Shown: piece after piece, positions 35,751 to 45,835 of the stretch
Numbering within the stretch: position 1 is the stretch's first letter
How the letters are laid out: every line of letters starts with the position of its first letter
Source of the DNA: an uncultured Candidatus Saccharibacteria bacterium
GTDB taxonomy: Bacteria; Patescibacteriota; Minisyncoccia; Phycocordibacterales; JABMNX01
Reading direction: 5' to 3'
Assembly: GCA_964575755.1 (NCBI GenBank)
Contig: CAZNRH010000004.1
Location: 699-64,698, forward strand
Length of the DNA stretch: 64,000 bases
The notes under the pieces: model-generated
Told to the model about the DNA's origin: nothing
Databases searched by the model: none
Seen by the model: the letters and a program-made list of their open reading frames with translations, nothing else
Translations under genes and position numbers: made by a program

Positions 35751-36809
35751 ATGTCTGATAACACTAAACAGCTAATTGTAAATATTACGACCGGAACGGT
35801 TATTAAATCTATATTACTTGTAATATTGTTCGTGGCACTCTTTTATTTACAGGACCTCGTTCTGGTCATTTTGACTTCTGTGGTTATAGCCTCTGCTATC
35901 GAACCTGCTACAAAATGGTTTGTGCGGTATAGGTTCCCACGCGTTGTAGCTGTTATGGTGGTTTACTTGTTATTTTTTGCTTTCTTGCTTGGATTCTTTT
36001 ACTTTTTCTTGCCACCAGTTTTAACTGAGATGATTAATTTCTTGGGAGTTTTGCCTAGCTATTTAGATACATTTGATTCATCGAGACCATTTCAAGAGTC
36101 TGTATTTTTGGGAACACAGAGTGTCGTTGATACATTTTCAATAACCAATGTAGTGACGGAGTTGAGGGCTCTCTTTTCTAATGTTTCGGAAAGTTTCTTA
36201 GCAACTGTTACGTTTGTATTTGGTGGTGTATTTAGCTTCGTCTTGATTATAGTTTTCTCCTTTTATTTCGCTATGCAAGAGACTGGAATAGACGATTTCC
36301 TTAGAATTATATCTCCTGTAAAATATCAAAAAGAGATAATTAGCCTCTGGAAGCGTTCTCAGATTAAGATTGGTTTATGGATGCAGGGACAGATTATTTT
36401 GGCCGTGATTGTGGGTATGCTCGTGTACCTTGGTCTTACTATACTGGGAGTTAAGTACGCACTCCTTCTTGCTGTAATTGCTGCAATGTTTGAGTTGATA
36501 CCTGTATTTGGACCTATTCTTTCATCAATTCCGGCTATTATTATTGGTTTTGTTGACGGTGGTGCTACAACTGGACTTATGGTCATGGGTCTTTATGTAA
36601 TTATTCAGCAGTTTGAAAATCACCTTATCTATCCGCTTGTGGTGACTAAAGTGGTTGGTGTTCCGCCTCTTTTGGTTATTATTGCGCTTCTTGTGGGGGC
36701 TCAACTAGCTGGGTTCTTGGGGGTTATCTTGGCTGTACCTATTGCAGCTGTGATTCAAGAGTTTGTGAGTGATATGCAGAAGAAGAAGGAAGGGGCACTT
36801 CAAAACTGA
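35751..36809 (+). CDS. AI-2E family transporter (PerM / UPF0118)
   Basis: 8-TM protein with 'ELIPVFGPILSSIPAII'. Confidence 0.75.
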   Translation: MSDNTKQLIVNITTGTVIKSILLVILFVALFYLQDLVLVILTSVVIASAIEPATKWFVRYRFPRVVAVMVVYLLFFAFLLGFFYFFLPPVLTEMINFLGVLPSYLDTFDSSRPFQESVFLGTQSVVDTFSITNVVTELRALFSNVSESFLATVTFVFGGVFSFVLIIVFSFYFAMQETGIDDFLRIISPVKYQKEIISLWKRSQIKIGLWMQGQIILAVIVGMLVYLGLTILGVKYALLLAVIAAMFELIPVFGPILSSIPAIIIGFVDGGATTGLMVMGLYVIIQQFENHLIYPLVVTKVVGVPPLLVIIALLVGAQLAGFLGVILAVPIAAVIQEFVSDMQKKKEGALQN

Positions 36810-36825
36810 CACAATCAGCGGCCAC

Positions 36826-36882
36826 AGGCACTGCTGTTTGTATCTAATCGCTGTGACTCTTAGACAAACAGGGAGCATTTCT
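36826..36882. repeat. Palindromic repeat, CCCTGTTTG...GATACAAACA family (inverted relative to the 57495 copy)
   Basis: 'gctgtttgtatctaatcgctgtgactcttagacaaacaggga' is the reverse complement of 57495-57540. Confidence 0.6.
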
Positions 36883-37033
36883 TCGTCGCTACTTCACTAA
36901 ATATCATTCACTGTATGCTCGATACAGTTCATTCCATTTAGTTCGTGCTTCTCGAACTGTACCCAATTGTGTTAGTTCTGGACTTGATAAAAAATAATCT
37001 CTGGCGTAATATCGTAGTGATAATACAAAAACT

Positions 37034-38500
37034 ATGTCCAAACCTTTTTATATAACAACTACACTTCCGTATGTGAATGCGGACCCGCATATTGGTTTTG
37101 CGGTTGAAATTTTGCAAGCGGACGCACTTGCACGTTTCGCGCGTCTTATGGGGCGAGATGTATTTTTCAATACTGGTACTGACGAACACGGTCAGAAGAT
37201 TTGGGATAAGGCAGAAGAGAACAAAGAAGATATTCAAAAGTATGTAGATCGATATGCGCAAGAGGTAATGAAATTAAAAGAAGCACTCAACCTTTCAGTA
37301 GATGCTTTTGTGCGAACTACTGACGAGGCGCACATAAAAGCAGCGCAGGAGTTATGGAAGATATGTGATGCAAACGGCGACATTGAGAAAAAGAAATACA
37401 AAGGACTTTATTGTGTTGGGTGTGAAAAGTATTTGACAGAGAAAGATCTTGAAGACGGGAAGTGTCCACTACATCCAACTCAAGAACCACAGATAATAGA
37501 AGAAGAGAATTATTTCTTTAAACTATCTCGATATCAAAAACAATTAGAAGACTATTTAAGTAAAGAGGGTGTGGTAGTGCCAGAGCATAGACGACTTGAA
37601 GCACTTGAGTTTGTGCGAGGAGGTCTCGAAGATTTTAGTATTTCAAGAGAGAAAGAAAGACTGTCTTGGGGAGTGCCAGTGCCAGGGGATGATGAGCAGG
37701 TTCTTTATGTTTGGTTTGATGCTCTTACTAATTATATTTCAACTCTTGGCTGGAAAGATGATGAGAATGGAAACTTTAAAAAGTATTGGGAAGAGGGCGA
37801 GACGCTTCAAATAGCAGGGAAGGATCAAGTGCGTTTTCAATCTATTATGTGGCAGGCAATGCTCATGTCTGCGGGGATTAAAAATACGGACAAGATTTTC
37901 TATCATGGTTTTATTAACTCAGGTGGGCAGAAGATATCTAAATCTCTTGGTAATGTGATTAGCCCATTTGAGTTGGTAGAGCGATATGGGACTGAAGCTA
38001 CGCGGTTTCTGCTACTTAAGCACGTACACCCAGTTGAAGATACTGATGTTACTTGGGAACGACTCGATGAATGGTATACGGCTGATTTGGTGAATGGATT
38101 AGGTAACCTTGTGTCGCGTGTAATGAAAATGGCTGAAGAACATCTTCCCGAAGCTATTGACCGCACGTGTGTAGAAGAGAAAGGGTTTAATGATGAAAGA
38201 AGTAAGCCTTATAAAGATGGTTATAGTAATTTTGAGTTTCAAAAAACATTAGATCTTATATGGGAGGATATCGCGATAGCAGATAAGCTTATTCAAGAAA
38301 CGCAACCATTTAAATTAATTAAATCTGAGAGTGAGGAGGATAAAAATAAAGCTATTGAAGTAATAGAATTGCTTGTACGAAAATTGGTCGTGATATCTTT
38401 TCACTTACGTCCAATTATTCCAGAGACGAGTAAAAAGATTGAGGAAGCTATTGAAACCAATAAAAAACCTGAGAACTTATTTCCACGGTTAGAAAAATAA
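37034..38500 (+). CDS. metG: Methionyl-tRNA synthetase, short form without a C-terminal tRNA-binding domain
   Basis: 'TTLPYVNADPHIGFAVE' (HIGH-class) and 'KISKSLGNV' (KMSKS). Confidence 0.9.
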   Translation: MSKPFYITTTLPYVNADPHIGFAVEILQADALARFARLMGRDVFFNTGTDEHGQKIWDKAEENKEDIQKYVDRYAQEVMKLKEALNLSVDAFVRTTDEAHIKAAQELWKICDANGDIEKKKYKGLYCVGCEKYLTEKDLEDGKCPLHPTQEPQIIEEENYFFKLSRYQKQLEDYLSKEGVVVPEHRRLEALEFVRGGLEDFSISREKERLSWGVPVPGDDEQVLYVWFDALTNYISTLGWKDDENGNFKKYWEEGETLQIAGKDQVRFQSIMWQAMLMSAGIKNTDKIFYHGFINSGGQKISKSLGNVISPFELVERYGTEATRFLLLKHVHPVEDTDVTWERLDEWYTADLVNGLGNLVSRVMKMAEEHLPEAIDRTCVEEKGFNDERSKPYKDGYSNFEFQKTLDLIWEDIAIADKLIQETQPFKLIKSESEEDKNKAIEVIELLVRKLVVISFHLRPIIPETSKKIEEAIETNKKPENLFPRLEK

Positions 38501-39273
38501 TGCTTGAATATTTTGATTTTCATTCACATATACACTTTGGAAAATTCGATGATGATATCGACGAGGTGTTGGCGCGTATGAGAGAAAAGAAAGTTGGAAC
38601 TATTGTGGTGGGTACTGATATAGAACAATCAAAAAAAGCACTTGCGTTTGCTCAAAAACACGAAGGAGTATTTGCGACTGTTGGACTTCATCCAGCAGAT
38701 AACAAAAAAGAGTCATTTGATGAAGGGATTTATGAAAAACTTCTCTCAGATGAAAATGTGGTCATGGTGGGTGAGTGTGGACTGGACTACTTTCATATTA
38801 AAGACGATACTGAAAGAGCGCGACAGAGAAAGGAGTTTGAAAAGCAGATTGATTTTGCTGTGAAGTATGATAAACCGATGATGTTACATATTCGAGATGC
38901 TCACAAGGAAGGACTCGACATGTTGAAATCAAAGAAAAAAGAATATGGAGATAAATTACGTGGAAACTCACATTTTTTCACTACTTCACCTGAGATTGCG
39001 AAGCGATATTATGAACTTGATTTTACGACATCATTTCCTGGTGTTATTACTTTTACACACGACTACGACGATACGGTGAAATATGCACCAAAAGACATGA
39101 TACTTGCAGAGACCGATTCGCCTTATGCTGCCCCCGTGCCATATAGAGGGAAGAGGGATGAGCCTGTATATGTTATTGAGGTTGTAGAAAAAATGGCGGA
39201 GATTAGGGGTGAGGATGTTGAGGAACTTAAAGTACAACTTATAAAAAATACTTTTCGTATAATACAGAAATAA
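38500..39273 (+). CDS. tatD: TatD-family metal-dependent hydrolase
   Basis: 'DFHSHIHF' and 'GECGLDYF'; immediately follows metG, as in many bacteria. Confidence 0.85.
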   Translation: MLEYFDFHSHIHFGKFDDDIDEVLARMREKKVGTIVVGTDIEQSKKALAFAQKHEGVFATVGLHPADNKKESFDEGIYEKLLSDENVVMVGECGLDYFHIKDDTERARQRKEFEKQIDFAVKYDKPMMLHIRDAHKEGLDMLKSKKKEYGDKLRGNSHFFTTSPEIAKRYYELDFTTSFPGVITFTHDYDDTVKYAPKDMILAETDSPYAAPVPYRGKRDEPVYVIEVVEKMAEIRGEDVEELKVQLIKNTFRIIQK

Positions 39274-39282
39274 TAATTTTTT

Positions 39283-39852
39283 ATGAAAGAAGAACTTGCA
39301 CATTCGTTTAATATTCATTTAGATACTGAGGTGATTGGTAGATTAAAAAGTGAGCAAGAAAAACTTACTAAACAATTTAAAGAGCGACGGTTTTACGATT
39401 CTTCTCCACATTTAGCTATTGCTACAAAGTTTATGGATAAAGAAACTGCACAAGATTTTGTTCGGGTTTTGGTGGATGAGTTTAAAGATGATGTCCAGTG
39501 GACTTTGGAGTTTAGCGATTTTAGTCTTTCCGATACAAAAGATTATATTTTCTTACATTTAAGTAAAAAGTCACGAAGGCTACTTTTTAAACTTCACGAA
39601 CGAGTATTTAGAGTTACTAAGGATATAGGACTTGAAGAACAAAGTAATAATAAGTTTCGACACTTTGAGTATGACCCACATATATCCATTTTAAAAGTAG
39701 AACCGACCGAAGCTGAAAAAGCACTTAGTCTTATAGAGAAAGATTTTTCTGGAGTAAAAACTCAAGCATTGCAATATGAAATTACTCAACAGACAGACAA
39801 TAAAGAAGGTTTTAGTACATTTCCAGTGATTTATGAGATTAATTTAAAATAG
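39283..39852 (+). CDS. Hypothetical protein, possibly 2H phosphoesterase (LigT-like) fold
   Basis: Two His-x-(S/A)-x segments, 'PHLAIA' and 'PHISIL', at the spacing seen in LigT; weak. Confidence 0.3.
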   Translation: MKEELAHSFNIHLDTEVIGRLKSEQEKLTKQFKERRFYDSSPHLAIATKFMDKETAQDFVRVLVDEFKDDVQWTLEFSDFSLSDTKDYIFLHLSKKSRRLLFKLHERVFRVTKDIGLEEQSNNKFRHFEYDPHISILKVEPTEAEKALSLIEKDFSGVKTQALQYEITQQTDNKEGFSTFPVIYEINLK

Positions 39853-39855
39853 CAT

Positions 39856-40776
39856 ATGAGCACTGAACTAAAAGAGAAACTCAATGTAATATCTAGTATT
39901 TTTGATATCAAGAAAGTTCTCTCTATAAATCCAAATAAAGAATATATACAAAAGTATTACAAAATAAACAAGATTCCATATTCTCTTTTTCATACAAAGA
40001 CAGATTTTATACACATGGGTATTAGTCGGAACGGTATCTACAAGGAAGAGGATTTATTAGAATCAGTTCGAATAATCGACACATGTATACATAAAGTTAA
40101 AGCCCAAAATGTTTTAGAGCTTGCTACTGGCAGGGGAGCAAATTCTTTATGGTTAGCTCAAAAAAATAGTTCAGTATCTTTTTATGGGATAGATATATCA
40201 AAATGGCAGTTAGACTTCGCCTTCAAGAAAGCAAAGAAAGTCGCTAATTACCATCCTAGTTTTGGCGATTATCATAATTTAAAACAGTACGGAGATAGTT
40301 TTTTTGATGTTGTATTTGTAGTGGAAGCATTGTGTCATAGTGTCGAGAAGAATAAAGTTATTAATGAAGTACGTAGGGTTTTAAAGCCAGAAGGCTTGTT
40401 TATAATTCTTGATGGGTATTCAGGTCAACGAAGAATGGGTCTAACTGATGATGAAGAGGTTATAGCAAAATTACTCGAACGCGGGATGGCGGTTGAAGAA
40501 TTTGAACAATATTCTACTGTAAAAGAAAAAATATTAGAAGCAGGATTTAAGATAGATTATGAAGAAAATCTTTCTGAACTCATTATCCCTACACTCGTGC
40601 GGTTCGAAAAGAAGGCTGAGAAGCTGTTTAATCATCCAAGATTCGGAAAGATAGTATCGAACATCTTTCCTAAAGAGTTTATGTTTAATACCATTTCAGC
40701 GTACTTGTTTCCTATTCTTATGAAAGATAGGGTGTTTGAATACTGGATAACAGTATCTACCAAGGCAAAATCTTAG
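39856..40776 (+). CDS. Class I SAM-dependent methyltransferase
   Basis: 'VLELATGRGANS' (motif I) and 'FDVVFVVEALCH'. Confidence 0.7.
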   Translation: MSTELKEKLNVISSIFDIKKVLSINPNKEYIQKYYKINKIPYSLFHTKTDFIHMGISRNGIYKEEDLLESVRIIDTCIHKVKAQNVLELATGRGANSLWLAQKNSSVSFYGIDISKWQLDFAFKKAKKVANYHPSFGDYHNLKQYGDSFFDVVFVVEALCHSVEKNKVINEVRRVLKPEGLFIILDGYSGQRRMGLTDDEEVIAKLLERGMAVEEFEQYSTVKEKILEAGFKIDYEENLSELIIPTLVRFEKKAEKLFNHPRFGKIVSNIFPKEFMFNTISAYLFPILMKDRVFEYWITVSTKAKS

Positions 40777-40830
40777 ATTTCTTGCGGTGGTACTTCGCTT
40801 ATGGTAAAGTAGAGCACATTGTAAAGATAT

Positions 40831-41361
40831 ATGACAGAAGTGGAAAAGACAGAAAACATAATAAATGAAGTAGATATTGATATGGACGGGGATATTGATC
40901 CGCGTGTATATGAATTGGGGTACAGTATTATTCCAGCTGTTTCAGAAGAAGAAGCACCAAAAGAGGCTTTGGCTATTAAGGATTTTATTAAGGAGCACGG
41001 CGGTACTGTTATATCAGAAGAAGTTCCAAAACATATCGACCTTGCATATGACATGTTCAGAACTGAAAAGGGAAAGAAAGAAAAGTTTGAGACAGCATAC
41101 TTTGGTGGGATTAAGTTTGAGATGGCGCCATCTGGAGTTATTGAGGTTAAAAACGTTCTTGATATAAACAAAAATATCCTTCGACACATTATCTTTAATA
41201 CAGTGAAAGAAAGTACTCGTTCGGAAATGAGGCTTCCTCAAGTGAGAACTGAACGAAAACATAATGTTGCGCCAAAAACAACTCCTAAAAAAGAAGAATT
41301 AGGCGTTAAGGTATCTGAAAAGGCTCTTGATGAAAGTATTAAAGAGATTGTGGTAGAATAA
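40831..41361 (+). CDS. rpsF: Ribosomal protein S6 (with C-terminal extension)
   Basis: 'YELGYSIIPAVSEEEAPKEALAIKDFIKEHGG' S6-like; gene order rpsF-ssb-rpsR. Confidence 0.75.
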   Translation: MTEVEKTENIINEVDIDMDGDIDPRVYELGYSIIPAVSEEEAPKEALAIKDFIKEHGGTVISEEVPKHIDLAYDMFRTEKGKKEKFETAYFGGIKFEMAPSGVIEVKNVLDINKNILRHIIFNTVKESTRSEMRLPQVRTERKHNVAPKTTPKKEELGVKVSEKALDESIKEIVVE

Positions 41362-41371
41362 ATCTATATGT

Positions 41372-41491
41372 ATCCCGTTAGAGACCGCGGTCACGTAGGA
41401 TATAATCAAAAATATGAAAATGAGTCGAAAACAAATTTATAAGACAATAATCAGACAAGTTCGCACGACCGCGACCTGTCTCTAATGGGAT
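41372..41491. repeat. Second copy of the TCCCGTTAGAG inverted-repeat element; its 3' arm ends in the ssb start codon
   Basis: 'atcccgttagagaccgcggtc ... gaccgcgacctgtctctaatgggATG'. Confidence 0.6.
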
Positions 41492-41939
41492 GTATTTAAA
41501 CAAAGCTCTTATTATTGGAAATCTGACACGTGACCCTGAGTTGCGTTCACTCCCGTCTGGAATACAGGTAACTAGCTTTAGTGTTGCTACCAACCGTGTT
41601 TGGAAAGATAAAGACGGACAGAAGCAAGAAGCTGTTGAGTATCATAATATTGTGGTATTTGGACGACAAGCAGAGACAAGTGCACAGTACCTAAAGAAAG
41701 GAAGCTCTGTTTTAATTGAAGGGCGACTTCAGACACGAAGCTGGGATGCAGACGGAGTTAAGAAATATCGAACAGAGATAGTTGCTGATAGAGTACAGTT
41801 TGGCTCACGAAACAGTGGTGACACTGGAGGTGGTAATACTACTCCAAAGGCAGATGAAGGTGCTAAACCAACAGAGACAAAAGTGGATGCAATAGAATAT
41901 CCAGAAGAAGATATTAACCCAGACGATATACCATTTTAA
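41490..41939 (+). CDS. ssb: Single-stranded DNA-binding protein
   Basis: 'LNKALIIGNLTRDPELR' OB-fold start and C-terminal acidic tip 'DDIPF'. Confidence 0.95.
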   Translation: MYLNKALIIGNLTRDPELRSLPSGIQVTSFSVATNRVWKDKDGQKQEAVEYHNIVVFGRQAETSAQYLKKGSSVLIEGRLQTRSWDADGVKKYRTEIVADRVQFGSRNSGDTGGGNTTPKADEGAKPTETKVDAIEYPEEDINPDDIPF

Positions 41940-41949
41940 TTTAATTACT

Positions 41950-42150
41950 ATGAACACAGACTTTTTTTCAACACATAATATAAAACATATCGACTATCGA
42001 GATATTGATATCTTAAAGCAGTTTTTGAATCCACACGGACGTATTCTTGCACGTAAGAAGACTAACCTAACCGCGAAGCATCAACGCAGAATGGAAGAGG
42101 CTGTAAAGCGCGCTCGTTTTATGGGATTACTTCCTTTTGTATCTAAATAA
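41950..42150 (+). CDS. rpsR: Ribosomal protein S18
   Basis: 'KHIDYRDIDILKQFL...RKKTNLTAKHQRRMEEAVKRARFMGLLPF'. Confidence 0.95.
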   Translation: MNTDFFSTHNIKHIDYRDIDILKQFLNPHGRILARKKTNLTAKHQRRMEEAVKRARFMGLLPFVSK

Positions 42151-42299
42151 GATAACGAGCGTAGCGACTATATCGAATTTATGTCCCGATTTCTCCTTTT
42201 TTCCTAGGAGAAATTGCTGGACCCGATAAGTTCTAAGTTTTCTATGAATATAAAAAACAGCTCAGGTGACTTAGTTGTTTTTTATTTGGATTTTGAAAA

Positions 42300-42332
42300 A
42301 GGAAAAACCGCCACGGGTGGCGGTTTTTAAAT
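42300..42332. terminator. Bidirectional rho-independent terminator
   Basis: 'aaaaaccgccacgggtggcggttttt' between convergent genes. Confidence 0.75.
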
Positions 42333-42344
42333 CGAAAAACATTT

Positions 42345-42662
42345 TTAATGTACTGTGATGTTTGTCGGAATAAGCGAATGTTGCTGTATCTCCTGGTGTG
42401 TTGGCAAATCACATAGTGCGAACATCTGCACACGCTGTCGCACTGGACAATATTCATCGCCGCTAAATTTAACAATGGCATCATATTTTGCCTGCAGTGA
42501 TTCTGATGGAACGAAGCGACCGTCGTCACTTCTTTCGGCGTCTTCTGGTGGGTTTTCATAATAAGCGCTAGATTCCATAAGGAAAGCACTTAGTAGGCTG
42601 CTTTGATACGCTGACAAGTGCGCTGTTGTGGAATCATTTAACGGAATACCAATTTGTGACAT
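42345..42662 (-). CDS. Hypothetical protein (GC-richer than flanks)
   Basis: 105-aa ORF; no recognisable motif. Confidence 0.4.
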   Translation of the reverse strand: MSQIGIPLNDSTTAHLSAYQSSLLSAFLMESSAYYENPPEDAERSDDGRFVPSESLQAKYDAIVKFSGDEYCPVRQRVQMFALCDLPTHQEIQQHSLIPTNITVH

Positions 42663-42711
42663 GACTTGTATCCTCCTGCTGAGTAATTTCTGTACTCAAT
42701 ATAGCAGATTA

Positions 42712-43281
42712 TTATTTCTTTTCAACTCGCTCGACATATTCGCCTGTTTCGGTGTTGATGCGGATTATGTCGCCTTCGTTTATAAAAAAGGGAGTTGATA
42801 CAGTTGTGCCTGTCTCAAGCACAATTACTTTAGAGCCTCCTTGTGCTGTGTTGCCTCTAATTCCTGGTGGTGCTTCTGCGACCTCTAGCTCTATTTTGAT
42901 AGGGAGTGAAATGCCTATGATATCATCGTTGAAGGTGAGTCCTGTCACTTCACTGTTTTCTTTTATATATTCTGAACTACTCCCAACGGTTTCTTTGGAA
43001 AGTTGAAATCTGTCTTTAGGGTTTTGAGGATCAGAGAACCATAACTCGCCTTTGTTTTCGTATAGGTATTTTATGGTTTTCTTGCTGATGTCTGCTTCTT
43101 GTACTTTGTCGGATTGATGAAAAGCTTGTTCTACTACACGTCCATTTATTAGGTTCTTGAGTTTTGTTTGGTTTACTGGTTTTTGGCGGTTTTTCTTTGC
43201 GGTATTAGAAGACATGACCTCATACGGCTCATTTTCTAGAGCTATATATTTCCTTGGGAGTATTTCATTATAGCTAAGCAT
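42712..43281 (-). CDS. efp: Elongation factor P
   Basis: Aligns along its length to EF-P: 'GEPYEVM', 'ISLPIKIELEVAEAPPGIRGNTAQGGSK', 'GEYVERV'. Atypical loop at the usual modified-Lys position. Confidence 0.9.
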   Translation of the reverse strand: MLSYNEILPRKYIALENEPYEVMSSNTAKKNRQKPVNQTKLKNLINGRVVEQAFHQSDKVQEADISKKTIKYLYENKGELWFSDPQNPKDRFQLSKETVGSSSEYIKENSEVTGLTFNDDIIGISLPIKIELEVAEAPPGIRGNTAQGGSKVIVLETGTTVSTPFFINEGDIIRINTETGEYVERVEKK

Positions 43282-43452
43282 GGTGGAGGTTAGTATATCC
43301 CATAGAGTGCATTCTGTAAAAACATACGATATATTACAAGAAATAAACTACCCAAATCTGAGTTTTGGACTTTGATATATTGACAATGTGATATATTTGA
43401 TGTATTCTTTTTGTAGTTAAGTTCATGAATTTTAATAAAAAAAGGATGGATT

Positions 43453-43725
43453 ATGAGTGAAGTTACAAAGAAAGAGATTTGCCCTAATTGTCACGGACAG
43501 CGGAAAGTGTGCGGTTTTTGCAGAGGTAAAGGAGAGGTATCAAAACAGGACAGTCTCACAGGTGTTGTAGCTCGTGAAATTGTCACCTCGTGTTACGTAG
43601 ATGAAAATCTCAATGGAGATGATCAGGTTATTGCCGAAACTGTGGAAGACGAATCAGTCAGCATTGGGTGGGAACACAAATCAGGCTTGTATGTATTTGA
43701 AGGCGGAAAATCTGACAGAAAATAA
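43453..43725 (+). CDS. Small zinc-ribbon protein
   Basis: 'CPNCHGQRKVCGFCRGKG' (two CxxC pairs). Confidence 0.5.
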   Translation: MSEVTKKEICPNCHGQRKVCGFCRGKGEVSKQDSLTGVVAREIVTSCYVDENLNGDDQVIAETVEDESVSIGWEHKSGLYVFEGGKSDRK

Positions 43726-43821
43726 ATAAGTCACTGTGGAGGTCACTTCTTCAGTGGCTTTTGCATTTGTGTATGTTTTAATGTAAGTTATGTTTAGTTA
43801 GTTTAGACATATACTGAAAGG

Positions 43822-44220
43822 GTGTTAAAAATGTTAAACATTTTTAAATTATTCAATCTTTTTACGGATGTTACAACAGGTACTATGAGGTACTTCAAGC
43901 CGCTTGGAAGCGGTCGATTGGTCTCTGTCCAGGTTTCGGATAAAGACTTGGAAAAGATTTCATTAAATTTCCAAAGGAAGATTGAACCAGCTGATGTTTG
44001 TGACGGCAAGCTTGTAAGCTTAGTCACTGAAGAAGTAAAGCATCGCGGTGGCAAACGTGTTACTTCTCTGGAACTGACTTACGATAGTGCTGAGGCGTTA
44101 CATAAAGTGCTTGGATTAGCACTTAAAGACATGAGGAGACGTCGTTCACGCAGGATAATCGAAAACTTTTTATTGTTTACAGTGTTTGAGACTATGCGAT
44201 CTAAACGAACTCTGTTTTAA
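43822..44220 (+). CDS. Hypothetical protein
   Basis: 132-aa ORF with a basic C-terminus; no recognisable motif. Confidence 0.35.
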   Translation: MLKMLNIFKLFNLFTDVTTGTMRYFKPLGSGRLVSVQVSDKDLEKISLNFQRKIEPADVCDGKLVSLVTEEVKHRGGKRVTSLELTYDSAEALHKVLGLALKDMRRRRSRRIIENFLLFTVFETMRSKRTLF

Positions 44221-44365
44221 ATTAGCTTGCTCTAATATATAGAGTGCCGTCATCAACCAGTGTGTTGATGAAGGTTTTTCATTTTTTATATAATTTGATT
44301 TGTAACTTTGTGATGGAGGTGGTGGTTACAATAAGTACAGAGGTCGAAAGTGGTATCAGGATAAG

Positions 44366-45058
44366 ATGATGAGTGGGTCGCAGAGGGGTTTTGAGACTTC
44401 TACTGTTCTACTCTGTCTGTCTACTACCATGTATACTGTAATTATGGGATTACTTGATGAACAACAGATATATACAGATACTGGTGATAAAACTGATGAA
44501 GAGATTCTAGCTCTATCTGTGCGAAAGCCTGAGCACTTTAAGATTCTTCTAGAGCGGTATCAGGATGCCTTTTTAAGGAAAGCTATCTCGATTTTAAAAA
44601 ACAAAGAGGATGCTGAAGAGGTTGTCCAAGAGACATTTAGTAAGATTTATATATACGCCGATAGGTTTACTGTGCAAGAAGGGGCTTCGTTTAGCTCGTG
44701 GGGGTACAGGATACTTATGAACACCTCGTTTACAAAGTATCAGAAGCTAAAGAAGGATTGGAATAATTTACAAAAACTTGAGCCTGAGATATATGAGACT
44801 CTTCCTGATACGAAGAGCGAACAGTTTGAGAAATTTGAGATGAGTGATTACGTCGTTTCGATACTGTCAGAATTGCCGGAAAAGTTTGCGCAGATTTTAC
44901 ATAAACATTTTATAGAAGGTAAACCACAGAAGAATATAGCAGAAGAAGAGGGGATTACGGTTGGTGCGGTAAAGACTCGGGTGCATAGGGCAAAAGTTGC
45001 ATTTCGTAAAGAATTGGATAAACAAGCGAAGGATCAAGAAGAGACATTATCAACATAG
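44366..45058 (+). CDS. ECF-type RNA polymerase sigma factor (sigma-70 family, regions 2 and 4)
   Basis: Region 2 'AEEVVQETFSKIYIYADRF', region 4 'KNIAEEEGITVGAVKTRVHRAKVAFRKEL'. Confidence 0.8.
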   Translation: MMSGSQRGFETSTVLLCLSTTMYTVIMGLLDEQQIYTDTGDKTDEEILALSVRKPEHFKILLERYQDAFLRKAISILKNKEDAEEVVQETFSKIYIYADRFTVQEGASFSSWGYRILMNTSFTKYQKLKKDWNNLQKLEPEIYETLPDTKSEQFEKFEMSDYVVSILSELPEKFAQILHKHFIEGKPQKNIAEEEGITVGAVKTRVHRAKVAFRKELDKQAKDQEETLST

Positions 45059-45068
45059 ATACAAGATT

Positions 45069-45395
45069 ATGACCAAAGAATTAGAACAAAAAATAATGAG
45101 GCAGGTAAGGATGGTGTACTACCTTAAAAAGGTATTTAACCCACTTATGTTTAAGGTGTATGCACTGGCTCTTGCTACTGCAGTAATATCTTCACTTGTT
45201 TCTGTTGCAAATGTGTTTAACAATATGCCGTCACTTCTTGAGTTTAATAGTATGTATCGTTTCACTAATAGTGCTATCTCAAATACAGAGCTTTCTGTAC
45301 AACTTGTACTCGGTGTGGTGGTAGTGGTTATGGTGTTGCTTGTGAAGGATACTATTAAGAACTTTTCTTATTCTGGGAAATTGGTTAGGGGTTAG
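45069..45395 (+). CDS. Putative membrane anti-sigma factor
   Basis: Immediately downstream of the ECF sigma gene; two TM helices. Confidence 0.45.
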   Translation: MTKELEQKIMRQVRMVYYLKKVFNPLMFKVYALALATAVISSLVSVANVFNNMPSLLEFNSMYRFTNSAISNTELSVQLVLGVVVVVMVLLVKDTIKNFSYSGKLVRG

Positions 45396-45399
45396 ATTT

Positions 45400-45560
45400 T
45401 TTAGGGTTGCTTTTGAAATGAAGGACGTCCCTCATTTGGGGTTGGGATAGTGGGTTTGGAGGTCGGGACTCCAAATTGCTGGAGTTAATATTGAAATTGA
45501 AAGGCCGTATAATAGGGGATTGCATATGTAGCTACATTTTGATAGAATGTAGCTATTAAT
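45400..45560. repeat. Cluster of MITE-like palindromic repeats (GGACGTC-centred and TTTGGAG..CTCCAAA)
   Basis: 'ttgaaatgaaggacgtccctcatttgg' and 'ggtttggaggtcgggactccaaatt'; relatives at 46213-46460, 58520-58990 and 61297-61364. Confidence 0.6.
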
Positions 45561-45578
45561 AATTAATATATAACTAGT

Positions 45579-45815
45579 ATGACGAAGATAGTTAAAAAGG
45601 TCGAAAAGTTCTTAAAGAATCCAACTTCTACTAAGTATTCAGATTTAGAGAATATATTATTTCATTTTGGATTTGAAAAAATTAATGCGAAAGGGAGTCA
45701 CGTAAAATTTAAACACTCTAAACTCAGACAGGATTTGATAATTCCTATGCATAAGAGAGAGTGTAAAGATTTCTATAAAGAAAAAGCAAAAAAGATAATC
45801 AATAAGATAAAATAA
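45579..45815 (+). CDS. hicA: HicA-family mRNA-interferase toxin
   Basis: 78 aa, 'FGFEKINAKGSHVKFKH...IIPMHKRE'. Confidence 0.7.
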   Translation: MTKIVKKVEKFLKNPTSTKYSDLENILFHFGFEKINAKGSHVKFKHSKLRQDLIIPMHKRECKDFYKEKAKKIINKIK

Positions 45816-45835
45816 AAGATAAGATAGAGAAAATT

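Noticed and set aside
36938-37261. 107-aa minus-strand ORF overlapping the metG start
   Set aside because: It overlaps the well-supported MetRS N-terminus ('PYVNADPHIGFA') and its upstream region; no support as an independent gene.
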